Shown piece after piece: positions 11,101 to 24,464 of a DNA stretch of 64,000 nt (the stretch's first letter is position 1; each line of letters opens with the position of its first letter). The translations under genes and the position numbers were made by a program. The DNA is taken from contig NC_087437.1 of NCBI RefSeq assembly GCF_036321535.1, positions 59,708,001 to 59,772,000 of the forward strand. The letters run 5' to 3'. The notes under the pieces are model-generated. The model was not told the origin of the DNA. It worked only from the letters and a program-made list of their open reading frames with translations, and did not search any database. The DNA is from Camelus dromedarius. Taxonomy: Eukaryota.

Positions 11101-13479
11101 GACTTTATTGTATTTTTTGGTTTGTAGTTACCCTGATTTCCAAGTATGTTAATGCATAACTAGATCTACTTTCTTTAGAATGATAATCATACAAGTTCAA
11201 AAACATTCTAAAGGATCTGTGTTTTTTACTCCCCTCTCAGTGTCCTATTTTATACCTTTATTTTATCCTTTTGCTGTTCATTGTAGTTACAATCTCTTTC
11301 ACAAAAAAATTTGGATTGTTTTTAATCTATGTACCAACTTAAGTGATCTTCAATTCTTTTACATTGTTTTTCCTTTTCCTATAGATTCTTTCTCCTTTCC
11401 ATTTAGAGAAGACCTTTCAATACTTCTTTTAGATTAGGTTTAGTATTGCTGCATTCTTTGAGTTTTTGCTTATATGAGAAATTCTTAGTTTCTCCTCCTG
11501 TTCTAAATGGTAATATTTCTGGGCAGAGTGTCCTAGGTTGCAGGTTTTACCCCTTTCAGGACTTTGAATTTATCATGCCACTTCCTTCTGGCAAGCAAAG
11601 TTTCTGTAGAGAAATCAGCTGATAGCCTTATGGGGGGAGGTTTCCCTTGTAACTGACTCTTTGTTTTTCCTCTTGCTGCCTTTAGAATCCTCTCTTTATC
11701 TTTAACTTTGGCCATTTTAATTATGCTTTGGGTTTTGGTCTGTTTGGGTTGACCTTGTTTCAAACCTTTTGTGCTTCCTGTACTTGGGTATCTGTTTCCT
11801 TCTTTAGGTTTGCAAAGTTTTCAGACATAATTTTTTTCAAATACATTTTTTAGCCCTTTTTCTTTCTTCTGCTTCTGGAACCACTATTATGCATATGTTG
11901 GCACATGTTATATTATCCTATAGTTCTTGGATGTTGCTTTCATTTTTTTATTTCTTTTTCTGTGTGATGTTCTGATTGAGTAATTTCCATCATTCTATCT
12001 TCCAGTTCACTTATTCATTCTTCTGCATTATTTACTCTGCTATTCATTGCTTGTAGGTTGGTTTTAATCTCAGCAATTGAGTTGTCTGGTTTTGATTGGT
12101 TCCTCTTTATAGTTTCTGGTTACTTGTTAAAGTAATCTGCATTTCTATCAATAATCTTTCTTAATTCCTTTAGCATTTTCACTACCTCCTTTTTGAACTT
12201 GGGATCTGGTAGAGTAGAGTGGTCTTTTCATTGTTCTTCTAGGGGATTTCTCTTGTTCTTTTAATTGGGAATAGTTCCTCTGCTTTTTCATTTTACTTAA
12301 GTTTCTCTAACTCTGTGAATTTAAGAGAGACAATTATCTACTGTGGTCTTGAAGGGGTGTTTTTATGTGGGAGCATCCCTGTATAGACTGCACGAGTCCA
12401 ATACTTTTGGCCGAGGGCTGTTTTTGGTATGAATGCCAGCCATATCTTTTCTCAAAGTGTGCTAGCCATTATCCCCTTGATTGGGGTAGGGGCTGGTGAT
12501 TGGTGTTGTGATTAGAGCGTTCACTGGATGTTGGTCTGGGCCTCCTCTTTGCTCTGTGGCTGTCACAACCTTGTCAGACACAGGGTCTGTTCCCCAGTTG
12601 TTGGAGTAGAAGTCCCCACATTTGGCTCTCAGCTGCGGAGTGAGGTAAGTGGGACTGGAGCCCTCCCGCTGGGAAAGGAACTGCTGCATATTCCTCCCCA
12701 GGGGCTGCCCACAGGGGATGTGGGATTCTGTGTTACACCACCCACCACCCTGTTTGTGGGCCAACAAAGTCCATTGCTCCTGGACCTGCCCCTGAACTCG
12801 GCTCCAATGTCAGCCCCACCCCCAATGCATGAGCCCTCACAAAGCCCACCACAGCTGGGTGTCCCACCATGAGCGTGCTGACAGTGGAGGTCTTATGGGA
12901 GACCCGCATCCCACCCTGCGTGTGCTGATAATGGGATTCCTATGGCAGATCTGTGCCTCATCCTCCACACATTAACAATGGTGGCCTGGACCCACTCCAG
13001 GCCCTCAGGCTATCTTCATGCAACTAAACTTCTTCTAGGATCTGTCTCCTAAAACCACTGCACATACTAGCAGCACATATTTTGGGCTGGAACGTGTGAT
13101 GACATGGTAGCTGTAAGTACCAGTCTCTCTCTGCCCTGATTGCCAGCAAGCTAGCACCTGCACACTCCTCTCAGGGTCCAGGCCCTCCAGCACACCATCT
13201 GCCCTGTGGGACCTCCCAGCCAGTGAAAGGGTTTCCAGGGCAAGAGAAACTTTCTTCCTTCACAGTTCTCCCTGGGGCACAGGTTCTGTTCCAATTCCTT
13301 TTATTGTTTCATCCTATTTGGTTATGCGGGGATTTTTCTTGCAGCTTTGTTTATATAAGAGATCTGCCAGCTTTCGGTTGGTTTTCTGTGAGAATTATTC
13401 CACATGTAGATGTATTTTTGATGTGTTTGTTGGGGGAGGTGAGCTCCACATCTTACTCTGCTATCTTGATCTCTGCCCT
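8190..13479 (-). mobile_element. L1 with both termini (5' UTR, ORF1, EN and part of RT, 3' end with poly-A), internally deleted and inactivated
   Basis: ORF1 peptide at 11533-11763 (KERILKAARGK..PIRLSADFSTETLLARRKW), EN peptide at 10498-10704 and RT-region peptides at 9354-9726. TSD CTGAAAG(A)TTTT at 8177-8189 and 13480-13491. Confidence 0.92.
8799..9113 (-). pseudogene. Retroposed non-L1 sequence resembling an mRNA 3' UTR end (AATAAA plus decayed poly-A), copy 1, inserted in L1 ORF2
   Basis: The minus strand ends ...tttacctAATAAAactgaaaaatg followed by an A-rich tail. The host L1 resumes in register on both sides. Approximate TSD tagctttgt (8790-8798) / tagtttttgt (9114-9123). A homologous copy lies at 40225-40363. 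Confidence 0.7.
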
Positions 13480-13509
13480 CTGAAAGTTTTTTTTTTTTAA
13501 TTGAGCAAG

Positions 13510-13900
13510 AAGCTGTACACCAGAAATTGACACTACACTGTAAACTGACTATACGTCAATAAAAAAATATATATATATATAGAAAAAAATTAAAACATAA
13601 CCAGAACAATTATCCAAGATATGTAAGGCTTTTTTATTTAATAATAGTTTGATTCACAGAAGAGTTGTAGTGAGAGTACAGAGAGTTCCCCTACACCCTT
13701 TACCCAGCTTCCCTCATGTTCATGTCTTACATAACTAAGGTCCATTTATCAAAACTGAGAGGTTAATGTGAGGACACACTATTAACTAAATTATAGACTT
13801 TATTTGGATTTCACTAATGTTCTTTTTTGTTCCAGCATCCAATCCAGGAGACTGCATCATTATGTCTCCTCAGTGTCCTACTGTCTGTGACAATTTTCCA
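13510..13900. mobile_element. Short L1 3' end (+, 13510-13590) and an old L1MB/MC-type 3' end (-, 13630-13900)
   Basis: gctgtacaccagaaattgacac...tcaataaaaaa, followed by ttcacagaagagttgtagtgagagtacagagagttcccctacaccctttacccagcttccc. Confidence 0.7.
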
Positions 13901-13914
13901 GAGCCTGCTGCTCT

Positions 13915-14096
13915 AAATCATGGGTTCTCAGCCCTGCCTGTCCACTAGAATCACCTCGGAAGCCTTTGAAAAGCACCAAGATCAGAGGCACTAACCAGTT
14001 ACATCAGAATTGCTGGGTGTGATGGGACTAATATCCTTTTTATCCCTAAGGCTTCAAGTGGTCTTGAGTGCAGTTGGCTGGAGTTGAGATACGCTG
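13915..14096. mobile_element. MER5-like MITE relic
   Basis: ggttctcagccctgcctg..ctagaatcacctcggaagcc...ggagttgagatacgctg. Confidence 0.5.
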
Positions 14097-15409
14097 CTCA
14101 TAAAGTATCAGAATTCCTACTCTCCCAGCCAGAGTTCTTCTTGCTACGAGCAAATGACTATTTCTAACTTAATTTTTAATGACACATGAATGTTTAAGTA
14201 CATTTCTTACATAGCGCTTACTAGTGCTTTATAATTGTTTGATCACATCAGAACATTGCAGACAAAGGTTAAGTCTCTTTCAATTATCCCTCAGTGATAG
14301 TCTCTTCCCCTTCTCCAGGGACCCAGACACTTAGCTTTGTGACTTTGGCTTGTACCCTGACAGACCTTTCCTATGATTTTTCATCAAAACATTAGGAAAC
14401 ACGTTGGTACTGTATGTTTATAGTTTTAAATAGTATCATATTATATGTAACATTCTGCAGTATGTTTTTTCATTTGCTGTGTCTTAGAGATTTATCCACA
14501 TTGTGACATGTAAGTCTAGCTCATTCATTTTAATAGTCTCATAGGATATCATGGCATGAAAATACAATAACATTTATTTACGGACATTTAACTTTGTCTC
14601 AGTGTTTGCTCTCGCAAGCTCTGCTGTCATTTGCATCCTTAGGTATGTCACAGAGCGCTCCTTACAGGGTAGCATTTATGTCAATAATCACAATACCGTC
14701 CGGTTTCCAGTATGTTTCTGTGTAAAAGAATGAATATCTAGAAGTAGAAGTGCTAGACCTCAAAGGTGGGGGAGTCTGCATGCTTTGTTTTAGTTGATAC
14801 TATCTTATTCCCATCCTAACCAGCTTTCCCAATTGATTCTCAATTTATTCTTCCAGAAGCAGTGTATGAGAGTACCAGTTTTCTGAACATCATTGCCAAT
14901 TTGATTTATCAAACTGTTCAATGCTTGCCAACAAAGAGGTAATAAATGTTACCTCATTCTTTCAATTTGCATCCAGTGACTGTTGTAATAGAACTATAAA
15001 ACAGCAGAGTTGAGAGAGACTTCATTGATCACAGAGTCCAACCTCTCTATTTAAAGAAGTTTTTTTTTAATTGTGTAAGTGATACATGAACAGATTATCA
15101 TGGTAAAAGTCTACGATAAAACTGCAACATATTGAGTAAAAAAATGTCCTCCTCTGACCCCCTCGCTGAGAGGTGAGCTGATGTTAATAGCCGGTATAGC
15201 ATGATGGCTCATTTACTGCATGTGCGCCTGCATATGCAAATGCACATAAAATATAATGGGTGGTGGTGGTGTTTTATGTAAAAGGGCTATAGCTCTGTGT
15301 GTTTTTCTGTAGTTATTACTTTCTCATAACAATTATTCTTAGAAATTTTTCCATATCAGCACACAGAGATCTCCATTTTTAACTGCTGCATAATATTCTA
15401 TAGTATAAG

Positions 15410-15922
15410 GGTATATTCATTATTTATTGCTGTATAACAAATTAACACCCCCCAAATTTGGCAGCTTAAAACAATACACGTTAATCATCTCACACAGTTC
15501 TCAGGCAAGGAAACTGGGAACAATTTTTCCTGGCAGTCCTGGATCAGGGTCTCTTATGAGGTTGCAGGCAAACTGTGGCCTGGGCTATGGTCAACTAAAG
15601 ACTTGACCGAGGGTCACAGATTGGCATATAAGGTGTCTCACTTACATGGGTGTTGGCAAGAAGACTCAGTCCTCTCTGCATGGGGCTTTCTACAGGGCTG
15701 CCCACAAGGCAGCTTCCCCAGTGATGAGAAAGAGGGAGAGAACCCAAGAAGGAAGCTGCTGTCTTTTTATAGCCCGAGCTGAAGAATGGCATGCCATCAC
15801 TCTGCCATGTGCTGTTGGCAGTTGTTCATGCATAACAACCCTGGTTTGATGGGAGAGGACTACACCTGGGACAATACCGGCAGGCGGGGTCATTAAGGGC
15901 CAACTTGGAGGCCGGCTTCCAC
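15410..15922 (-). mobile_element. MaLR LTR (MLT1F/G/H-like)
   Basis: gtatattcattatttattgctgtataacaaattaacacccccc..ttggcagcttaaaacaata...ggccaacttggaggccggcttccacc. Confidence 0.75.
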
Positions 15923-16424
15923 CCGGGGTTACCCTGGGTGTCTTCAGGTTTTCCCGAGCACGTGCAGCACTGCCATGAACACCCCCGGGCACGCTTCTCG
16001 ATGCACCTGTCCTCCTCTCCTAGTCACAGAAATAGAAGTATTGCATCCTTTTTCATTTTCAAACAGGGAAATTGAAACCAGAGAAGAGTGACTTCTCCAA
16101 GGTTACACTGCTAATCCCCTGCAAGCCCAGGATTACAACTCCAGTCACCTGACTTCCAGTCCAGTCCATCTCCAGAGCCATTCTGTGGGCAAGGTAAATA
16201 CGGGCTGAGATTTCAGCACAGAACCTGAGATGAAGCCTGGCCGGTAACCGTCAACAGTCAGTACCCAGAATACCCACAAACACGTAACGGCTGATCTTCC
16301 TTTGTAGGTGCTAAATATACGTCCCTGCACTCAAAGGCTAGGTGAGCCAGTGTGTGAATGCCTAGTCTTCCTGGATTAAAAAGAAGCTGATGGAGACAAG
16401 GAATCCTTTCTGTGCCATAATTAA

Positions 16425-16610
16425 CAAATACACTGGAGTCAGACAGACCTGTGTTTGAATCCTGCCTCTAGCTCTGTGACTGTGGGCCAGCCACATAATT
16501 CCCCTGCTTTTTCATCTATAAAATGGAAATGAGCAGAGGACCTCCTGCAAGGGGTTGTTCTGAGGATTACAGGTGCTGTTATACACGATGCTCCAGCACA
16601 GGGTCTGGGC
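16425..16610 (+). mobile_element. MIR SINE
   Basis: ctggagtcagacagacctgtgtttgaatcctgcctct...ttttcatctataaaatgg...gttgttctgaggatta. Confidence 0.8.
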
Positions 16611-19448
16611 TACCCCAGCTAGGAGCTCCCTGGGCTGCTGGATTCTGTGTCCTTCCTGGTTGACCCACTTCAGTTATCCATCAAGCTTCCTGAATGAATG
16701 AACTCCATTTGCTAAAAATAGAGGATGCCTATAGAGCCCATTTTATTCCATTTTCCCACCTTCTGATTCTCTGCTGTTTACATGGACCATTATTGTGTGG
16801 CCTGTGTTTCCTGCTACAAACTATCCAGACTTTTGATGAATGGGTGCACAGAAAGTATGGAGCCCTCTGAGGGCTGCCCCTCAAGGGCAGGGGAGGATTT
16901 TGCCTAGCCTGAGTCCTCCTCACCTCTGTGACTGTAGCTCCAGCACAGTGCCCAGCACTTTAGAAGTGTCTGGAATGAATTAATTAGTTAATGAAAAGAG
17001 ATCAATTTAGCCAAGTCAAGTGAAATGGGGTTCAGCACAAAGGGCATCTTTGGGACATCAGATAATGGCCTAGATTCTGATTTTAAACGTTCAGAGGATT
17101 GTGGGGTGAGGAATAACTTTGAGTTCCCAGATGTCTAGCAGAAGGAAGGATAGGGTAGAGTGGGACAAGAGGGAAGAAGGGCAAGTTGGGGGTTAATTTT
17201 CTACGTGGTCATTTTAAGGTGCCCTCGGGACCTCCACAGCAGACATCATCTGTGGGTGGAGCTCGTGAGAGACCATGACTTCACCAGCTCATCAGCAAGT
17301 GGGCCTTTGACTGCAGACCAGTGGCTTTCTTTGAACTTCAGGAAAGGATTTCTGGGACTCCTACTGTTCTTTAGTATCTAAAGTCCACACAAGGTGTCTG
17401 GCTAGAGCCAGACAAGGACAGAGATGTATAGATATAAAGGGGAAGTGACAAGTGTTTCAGCAAGTGATTCCCAAGGCCGAAACCAGAAAGATGCAAGCAT
17501 CCTCTCTCTTTCAGAATCCTGAAAGGTCCAATGACACCTCCATAGGGAACACCAGAGTTTGGCTTCCCAGCCCTACCACCGTCCCCAGCACTGCCTCCAC
17601 AGCCCTGAGGAAGACCCGACTCCTGGAGGGAGACTGGCTTACTGGCTTCAGTGGTGAAGACTCATTTCACTTGGGAAGCCACAGGGAGCTGGCTGGACCC
17701 CTCAGTTGCCCCTGCTGGTCCAGAGGGAGGTGCAGCCCGGAGGGACCTGGGTGGGCAGGGCAGGGCTCCGAGGTACCCATGCGGTGCTAGGGCTCAGCAG
17801 GGTACCTCGGAGGCCACTCCTGGAGAGGCTTTGCAGGGCACACCAAGCACTAACCTTGACAAGCAAAGGCGTGGACCGGCCAGTGCTCACACAGCACTCT
17901 CCTTCCAAACCCCTTTGCTTTTCTTCCTCAGGAAGCTTTCTGTTGAAAGAGAAACGTTCTGCCTGTGATCAAACGGATTCACATTTATTTACTTTCCTTT
18001 CCTCCCAGGCCTGCACCAGCCCAGACAGGTCAAAGAGCAGGATTCCAAGCAGTTGAGATGGTCTCTGGAGAAGCCTGGAATTTCCCTGTGACACAGAAGT
18101 GGCAGAAAGAGGTAGGGTCTCCAGGCAGCCAGGGCCAGGGGTCACCAGCACCCCAGGTTCCCTTGGTATGTGGGGCACTTCTCAGGGTGGGAAGGGGCCC
18201 CCATCTGTTTGGTGAACCTGGCCATTGGTTCCTGAATCTCTGCTTGCAAGGAGCCTGAGGGACTCATGTCCCAGGAACACCGAGTCATCACAGAGCATTT
18301 ACATCCAAAATCCATTTTCCTTCAGAACAGTGCCCGGGATGGAGTAAGTGAAGGTGAGCCTCTACACACTGGTAAATCTGTGATTTGTCTGTACGATAAC
18401 TGGGCCTTTAGAACTGACAAGGGGGTTTCCTATATGATTCTTGCAAGAGAGCTCTGCAGAGTTCCTGGAAAATCCCCTATCAGACACTGCCAGGAAACAG
18501 GGCTTCCCCAGAAGTGACAGTGGTAGACAACCATTCCAAAAAGACCCTGGGCTCCTCGTCTGAAACACAGGAAATTAGGAAAGGTGGTTCTGTAAGGCTG
18601 TAAGCTTGGTATTTCCCATGAAGATGCTCTAAAGTGATCTCAAACTCAGTGTATCAGCACAGACAAGATGACCCTGCGTTTATCTGTTTAGCTGCCTTGT
18701 TCTTCCTGTAAGCAGTGCACTCCTAAGGGCAGGGACCAGTTTATAGTCATCCTCCAGTGCCTGGCACGTAGCAGACCCATGAGACATGAGGGTGAATGAG
18801 CAACTGGACTGACCAGCTGAGATGGAAGTGCTGATTCTCTCCAGCTGTGAACCTCTAACCTGTCTCCCCAGCCGGGTTGCAAGCTCCCTGGGAGCTAGGA
18901 ATAGATCTTTTCTTCACACAGTCTCCAAGCAGGGCTGCACTCAGGACACACTCGTGTGCCCAGGCAAGTTGTTAAAGTATTGAAATACTTCTGTATGGTT
19001 GCTGCCTGAGCTCCAGAGAGGCCCCCACCCCCAGATGCCCAGCACCTCCCCCAGAGCCCCACCCCACCATCTGGCTGCTCTAGGGTGACGCCTGACCTGG
19101 CAGGGCCTCTGAGACTCAGTCCAGCTCTGTGGCTGCATCCTTCTGATGGGCCGGTATATCGTCGTGACCTTGTTAGATGTCTGAGTGATGCACCAGCCTG
19201 ATGCAGGTGATAGGGATGCAACAGACGCTTGGAAAGCACTGCTTGTTAACTGAGAATTGATATACATGGGCTCCGGTCTCCCAGCGGACTGAAGGAGTTC
19301 TCAGCAAGAAAGTGGGTAGCGTCTGCTACCTGATGCCAAGAAGATAAGTTTATGGGATCAGTGGCTGGACAGCAGAAGGCCTTCCAAGGACACCTGCAGG
19401 TGAAGAAAAATATAGACTTGCTGTCCTTGCTGCCCCCATCCCTGTCAA

Positions 19449-19488
19449 TCCATCTGTTTGTCCATCCATCCATTTGTCCATCCATCCA
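19449..19488 (+). repeat. Imperfect (TCCA)n microsatellite
   Basis: tccatctgtttgtccatccatccatttgtccatccatccac. Confidence 0.8.
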
Positions 19489-20051
19489 CTGTTTGGGGAC
19501 CACACTTCGGGCACATCAGCTCCAGGAAGGCCAGAGAGCAGATCATGCATCACAACGAGCGGTGCCGGAGGACGGGCAGGGGGAGCAGGAAGAGGTCAAA
19601 CTTGGTGCCAGGGGGCCGGTCTGAGCCCCAGCCCCCTGATCAGCTAGCCTGGCGACGGTACTCTCGGAGCCTGTGCTTCCTCTTCTGCGCAAGGGATGGA
19701 GTTAAACCTACCTTCTAGCTTGCCGTGAGGCCCAGTGAATGGAACAAAGGCTCTGATCTGGGACCACAGTTGGGGCTTCCCCTCCTGATAGACTCTTATT
19801 TGGATAAATCAAGACTTTAAAAATGACAGAGTGGTTACACAGGTATGTCTTGTTTGCAAAGATGCACTGAGCTGTATACTTAAGTATGCTCTTCGATATG
19901 GAAACTAGTTATGATAAAAAAAAGTTAAAACTCCAACATGGTCTCAGGCATCGAAAATATTATCAGTAAAAAAATGGAGATGCTAAAACAAATAGCTGAG
20001 CAAAATCTAGGATTTTAGTCCTAGAGACAGTTCCTCAGATAGGTCACTTTC

Positions 20052-20433
20052 TTTTTTTTTTTTTTTTTAACATTTTTTTATTGAGTAATAATCATTTTAC
20101 AATGTTGTGTCAAATTCCAGTGTAGAGCACAATTTTTCAGTTATACATGAAGATACTTATATTCATTGTCACATTTTTTTTTCGCTGTTAGCTACCACAA
20201 GATCTTGTAAATATTTCCCTGTGCTATACAGTATAATCTTGTTTATCTATTCTACATTTTGAAATCCCAGTCTGTCCCTTCCCACCCCTCACCTTCTTGG
20301 CAACCACAAGTTTGTATTCCATGTCTATGAGTCTGTTTCTGTTTCGTATTTATGTTTTTTTTTTTAATTTTAGATTCCACATATGAGTGATCTCATATGG
20401 TACTTTTCTTTCTCTTTCTGGCTTACTTCACTT
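20052..20433 (-). mobile_element. Young 5'-truncated L1 (3' UTR plus poly-A) with a perfect 15-bp TSD
   Basis: TSD AGATAGGTCACTTTC at 20037-20051 and 20434-20448, poly-T run at 20052-20068, and an EN-type site TTTC/AA. Same subfamily as 32118 and 36700. Confidence 0.93.
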
Positions 20434-22299
20434 AGATAGGTCACTTTCAATCGTGAATTACCTCTTTCAACACGGGGTGGGAAGGCATAAAAACAGTCCT
20501 GGATACACTTTTCGCCCTGAAACTAAGTGTTTAATTGGTGCATTACAGCAACAGCAAAGCTGGATAAGTAAGTCTGAGTGAGGATCAGCAGAGATGGGGA
20601 TCAGGTGAGGCAGGGGCTTGTTCAGTAAGCCTTGAGCAGAGGAACCTGGCAGAGTCAACGCTGAGTCAGACGGGGTTAACTGCACAGAAATTGCTGCAGG
20701 TTAAAAAGGAAGGGGAAGGTGATGCAGTCCTCTCCACACACCCAGAGGTGGGTCTTGGCTAACTGGATCTAATGATTGATCATTTTATTTCTGATCCAGG
20801 AAATGCTGCAATGTTGACCTTCAAGGTAGAGAAATCTGTTTAGGACACAGTGAAATAGCTGCAGTCCCAGCCACAGTGGGATTGCTGGGGCTTCCTGAGT
20901 GCAGGAAGGGCGGGGTGGGAGGTGCTTTCAGGCAGGGGCAAGGGGCTGGAGGACTTTGCATTTCACATCTGCTTCTTCCCTCTTCAGAAGTGTTCGTGTT
21001 CTTCCCATCTTGGCTGGTGCCCCGACAGGGCTCCCAGGCCTGGCACAGGGAAGGCAGTGAGTCCCCAGGTTCACCAAAGACGTGTTCCCATGAGCTTATT
21101 TGAAACCAGGCTGTTTGGAACTGAGTGTATGTCCCATGCAAACAGTGCTGAGTTCCCAGCCGGCCCACCAAGTTTATCACATCCACCCTTATACCCTTGA
21201 GGTTCTAATAGCTCACCACCATGCTGCCGTGAGCAATCACTTCTCATTCAGTGGGCAGTGGGGGAATGGGCTAAGCTCTGCTCACCAGTGTCCGTTCAGC
21301 ACACACCTGCTAAGCACCTGCTCTGGGCCAGGGCCCTATTGGGATAAAAACACAGAGATTGGCCCTCTACCTCAAGGGTCTTCATCTAGGGCAGAACTCA
21401 GGACAGGTGTCAAATACCTCCACCCTGAGACCAAAAGTGGTCCTATTAGGAGAGGTGTGTGTTGAGCACAAAGGGGATTCCTAGGTGGGAGGTAGTGGGT
21501 GGTCACAGCCAAATGGGGTAGAAGCAGAGAACCTAGGCAGGAGGGCACAGGGGGATTTGGAGGAGGGGCTGGGGTGAAAGGCGGCAGAGGCAGGGGGTTC
21601 ATTCCAGGTAAGCATCAGTGTAAGCGAAGGTGGGATGGGCTTTTTCACCAGGCTGGGGGAGGACGCAGGCGCCGCAGGCACGGGGCCAGGGCAAGGCTGT
21701 GAGCTGGGTGAGGAGGCCTTTGTAGGCAGCCAGGCAGTGGTGGGCAAAGATGAACACCAGAGCCTCCCAGGACACCTCTTGTTCCTGAAGCCTGCATGCC
21801 CTAAGGCAGGCAGAGGTGGAATCCTCCGGACACCTTCTCTTTGCAACTCACCCAGCTCCTCCCCAGGTAGATGAGCCCAGGGCCCGGTTGGGCCTGGGCC
21901 ACACCTGTCCATATGGGAAAAGCAGAGGTGGACCCAAGAGACAGCCTTCCCCACTACTGGGGAGAGGAGGTGCGAGTCTCCATCAGCTCCTCAGAAGGCC
22001 TTCCCTCCTGGGACCTCAAAGAGGACCCCTCCTCTCAGGGGGAAAATCTTCAGATCACTGGATTCCTGCCACCACCAATATTGTGCAGACATCAGTACAC
22101 AATCCCCCACGTCACCCGTCTGCTCCTGGCAGAGCTCTTTCTGGAGCAGCTGAAACAATGTATGGAACTTTCTGTGCTTTCCCAGGGAAGTTAGAATTCA
22201 GAGCCAGCCGGCCCATCCCTTGCGGGTTCATTCTTCTGGATACCAAATTGAAGGGGGACGGAGGGCAGCAGAAAGAGGTCTCATTAAAGCAAAAAGAGA

Positions 22300-22686
22300 T
22301 GAGATCACTTGTATGGAATCGAAAAAAAAGAAAAGTAAAAAGAAGACACTAAGGAACTTATCTACAAAATGGAAACAGACTCACAGACATAGTAAACAAA
22401 CTTATAGTTGCCAGGAGGAGAAGGGGTAGGAAGGGATAAATTGGGAGTTTGAGATGTGCAAATACTAACTACTATATATAAAATAAATAAAAAACAAATT
22501 TCTATGTAGCACAGGGAACTATATTCAATATCTTGTAGTAACCTATAATGAAAAAGAATATGAAAACAAAAACAAATACATGTATGTATTTGAAATATTA
22601 TGATGTATGCCAGAAATTGACACACTATACTTCAATTTAAAAAAAGAAAAAGAAAAATGGAACCAACCAGAAAAAAAAAAAAAAAG
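22300..22686 (+). mobile_element. L1 3' UTR fragment with poly-A
   Basis: atcacttgtatggaatc...gggataaattgggagtttgagat...gtagcacagggaactatattcaatatcttgtagtaacctataatg..., followed by an A-rich tail. Confidence 0.85.
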
Positions 22687-22742
22687 AAAGGAATGAAATG
22701 AGCTGGAGACAAAGCCTGCAGGCAGACAGGGGCCTGCCCTGC

Positions 22743-23220
22743 TGTAGCAGCTGAGGCTTATTGGTCTCAATAGCTGTTCTCTCCTGTTCCATGGGATATT
22801 TAGCTAAGAACATGGCCACTCAGAATAAAGACTATATTTCCCAGCATTTCTTATAGTAAATATGGCCATGTGACGAAGATCTAGTCAATAGGTAAGTGCC
22901 ACTTCGGGGCCTTTTTTTTTTTTTTTTTTTAAAGGGAAGGGATATTCCTTTCTCCTTTTCTTGTCCTCCTCCTTGATGTCTGGAATGTGGGTTTAATGGC
23001 TAGAACTGGAGCAGCCATTTTGGACCATGAGGTAGTCTTGGGTCAGAAGCAATATATAGAAAACCAACAAGGCAGAAGACTACTATGTGTTCTTGACCCC
23101 ATGGAGCTGCTATGCTGGCAGTATAGGCCCCCTACCTCTGGATAGTTCTATGAAAAGAAAGAGGTTTGTATTTTGCTATTTTGGATTTCTCTGCTACTAA
23201 CAGTCAAACCTAATATTACA
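22743..23220 (+). mobile_element. Old MaLR LTR (MLT1J-like)
   Basis: tgtagcag...gactatatttcccagc...ggagcagccattttggaccatgagg...aaacctaatattaca. Confidence 0.7.
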
Positions 23221-24464
23221 GCATTTTTAAGGTGCAAATCCAGCCTTCAAGAAACACGCCCAGAGCCCCCAGCTCTGAACCAATCTCTCCTTCTCATGCC
23301 CTGCCATTGTAACATTGGTCATTATGGATAGGGAAGCACAGATAGGACTTTCAAAGTCCTTTCACATGCATTTTTAAAAATTCATTTCCTGTTTTCCACA
23401 CAACAAATCTTTGTAGGTATTATTGCCAGCATCCCGCAGGTAAGGAAGTGGCGGCTTAGAGGCGTAAATGGTGTTCTGGTTTGGCAACACTCTTCAGCTT
23501 TAATATAAATTATTGATGCCAGTGTCCATCTCCCCTCCTGCCTGTGATCTTCTCTGGCCCAGCGGGAGCTGATTCAACTCTGATTCCCTCCGGGGCTGGT
23601 GCTGAGGGCCCCACCCACAGCAGGTGCTCTGTCAATTTGTGCCAAATTGATTTGCTGTAAGTGCAGCAAGTTCTCCATCTGAGGATATTGATTTCCTCTC
23701 AACTGCATTTCTCTGTTTGACATTCTCCAAGAAAGGGAGAAAAACTCAAAGGAGAGAAAAAAGCTTGGTCCTTTCGGGTGAGTCTTTGGCTGCAGAGGGC
23801 CGGGTGGCCAGGGCTTGGCAGTTCATAAAGGGGCCTGCTCTGGGGTGTCACAGGACCCAGAGCAAACTGCCAGGGAGCCAGAGCTAGGGCTGAGAGGGGA
23901 AAGTGTGGTGAGGAGGGGCCTCTGAAGCTGGGGCCTCGGCGAGGGTGGGGAGGCAAAGAAAGGAGCTGGTTTCATAGCCAGTTGGCTTTTGCAAGTATTA
24001 TTTCATTGGACCTCAGCTCTGGGGGGCTGGAGAGCAAACAAGGTGGGGGATACACGCTTCACCCTCACCTTCAGTCCTGCTGTCTTCCCAAATGCTTCTA
24101 AGTATGAGTTTGGAGGGATGTGAAAATGCTTGAACCATGGGCCATGCCACAAATGAAAAAGAGAAAGGCTTGCCTATTAATTTTTGTTTGTTTGTTAACT
24201 TCAGCCCACAACTTCCTCAAAGACAACTCCCAGGACTGCGGCATCAAAATGCTTTTGCACATGAACTTTTTTCTTCGGTTTCTCCTTTATGGTGTTTCAG
24301 CAGGATTATTGCAAAAGCATTCTCACTCCAGTCGGCTCCCTGCCCCCAGCCCTCCCCACTTGAAAGCGCCTTCCCCTCTGCAGCCAGAGGGCCCTTTCTG
24401 AAACTCCAACTGGGCCTTCACTCCCCTCCATCGAACTCTTTTCTGTGGCTCTCCAGTACTCAGA

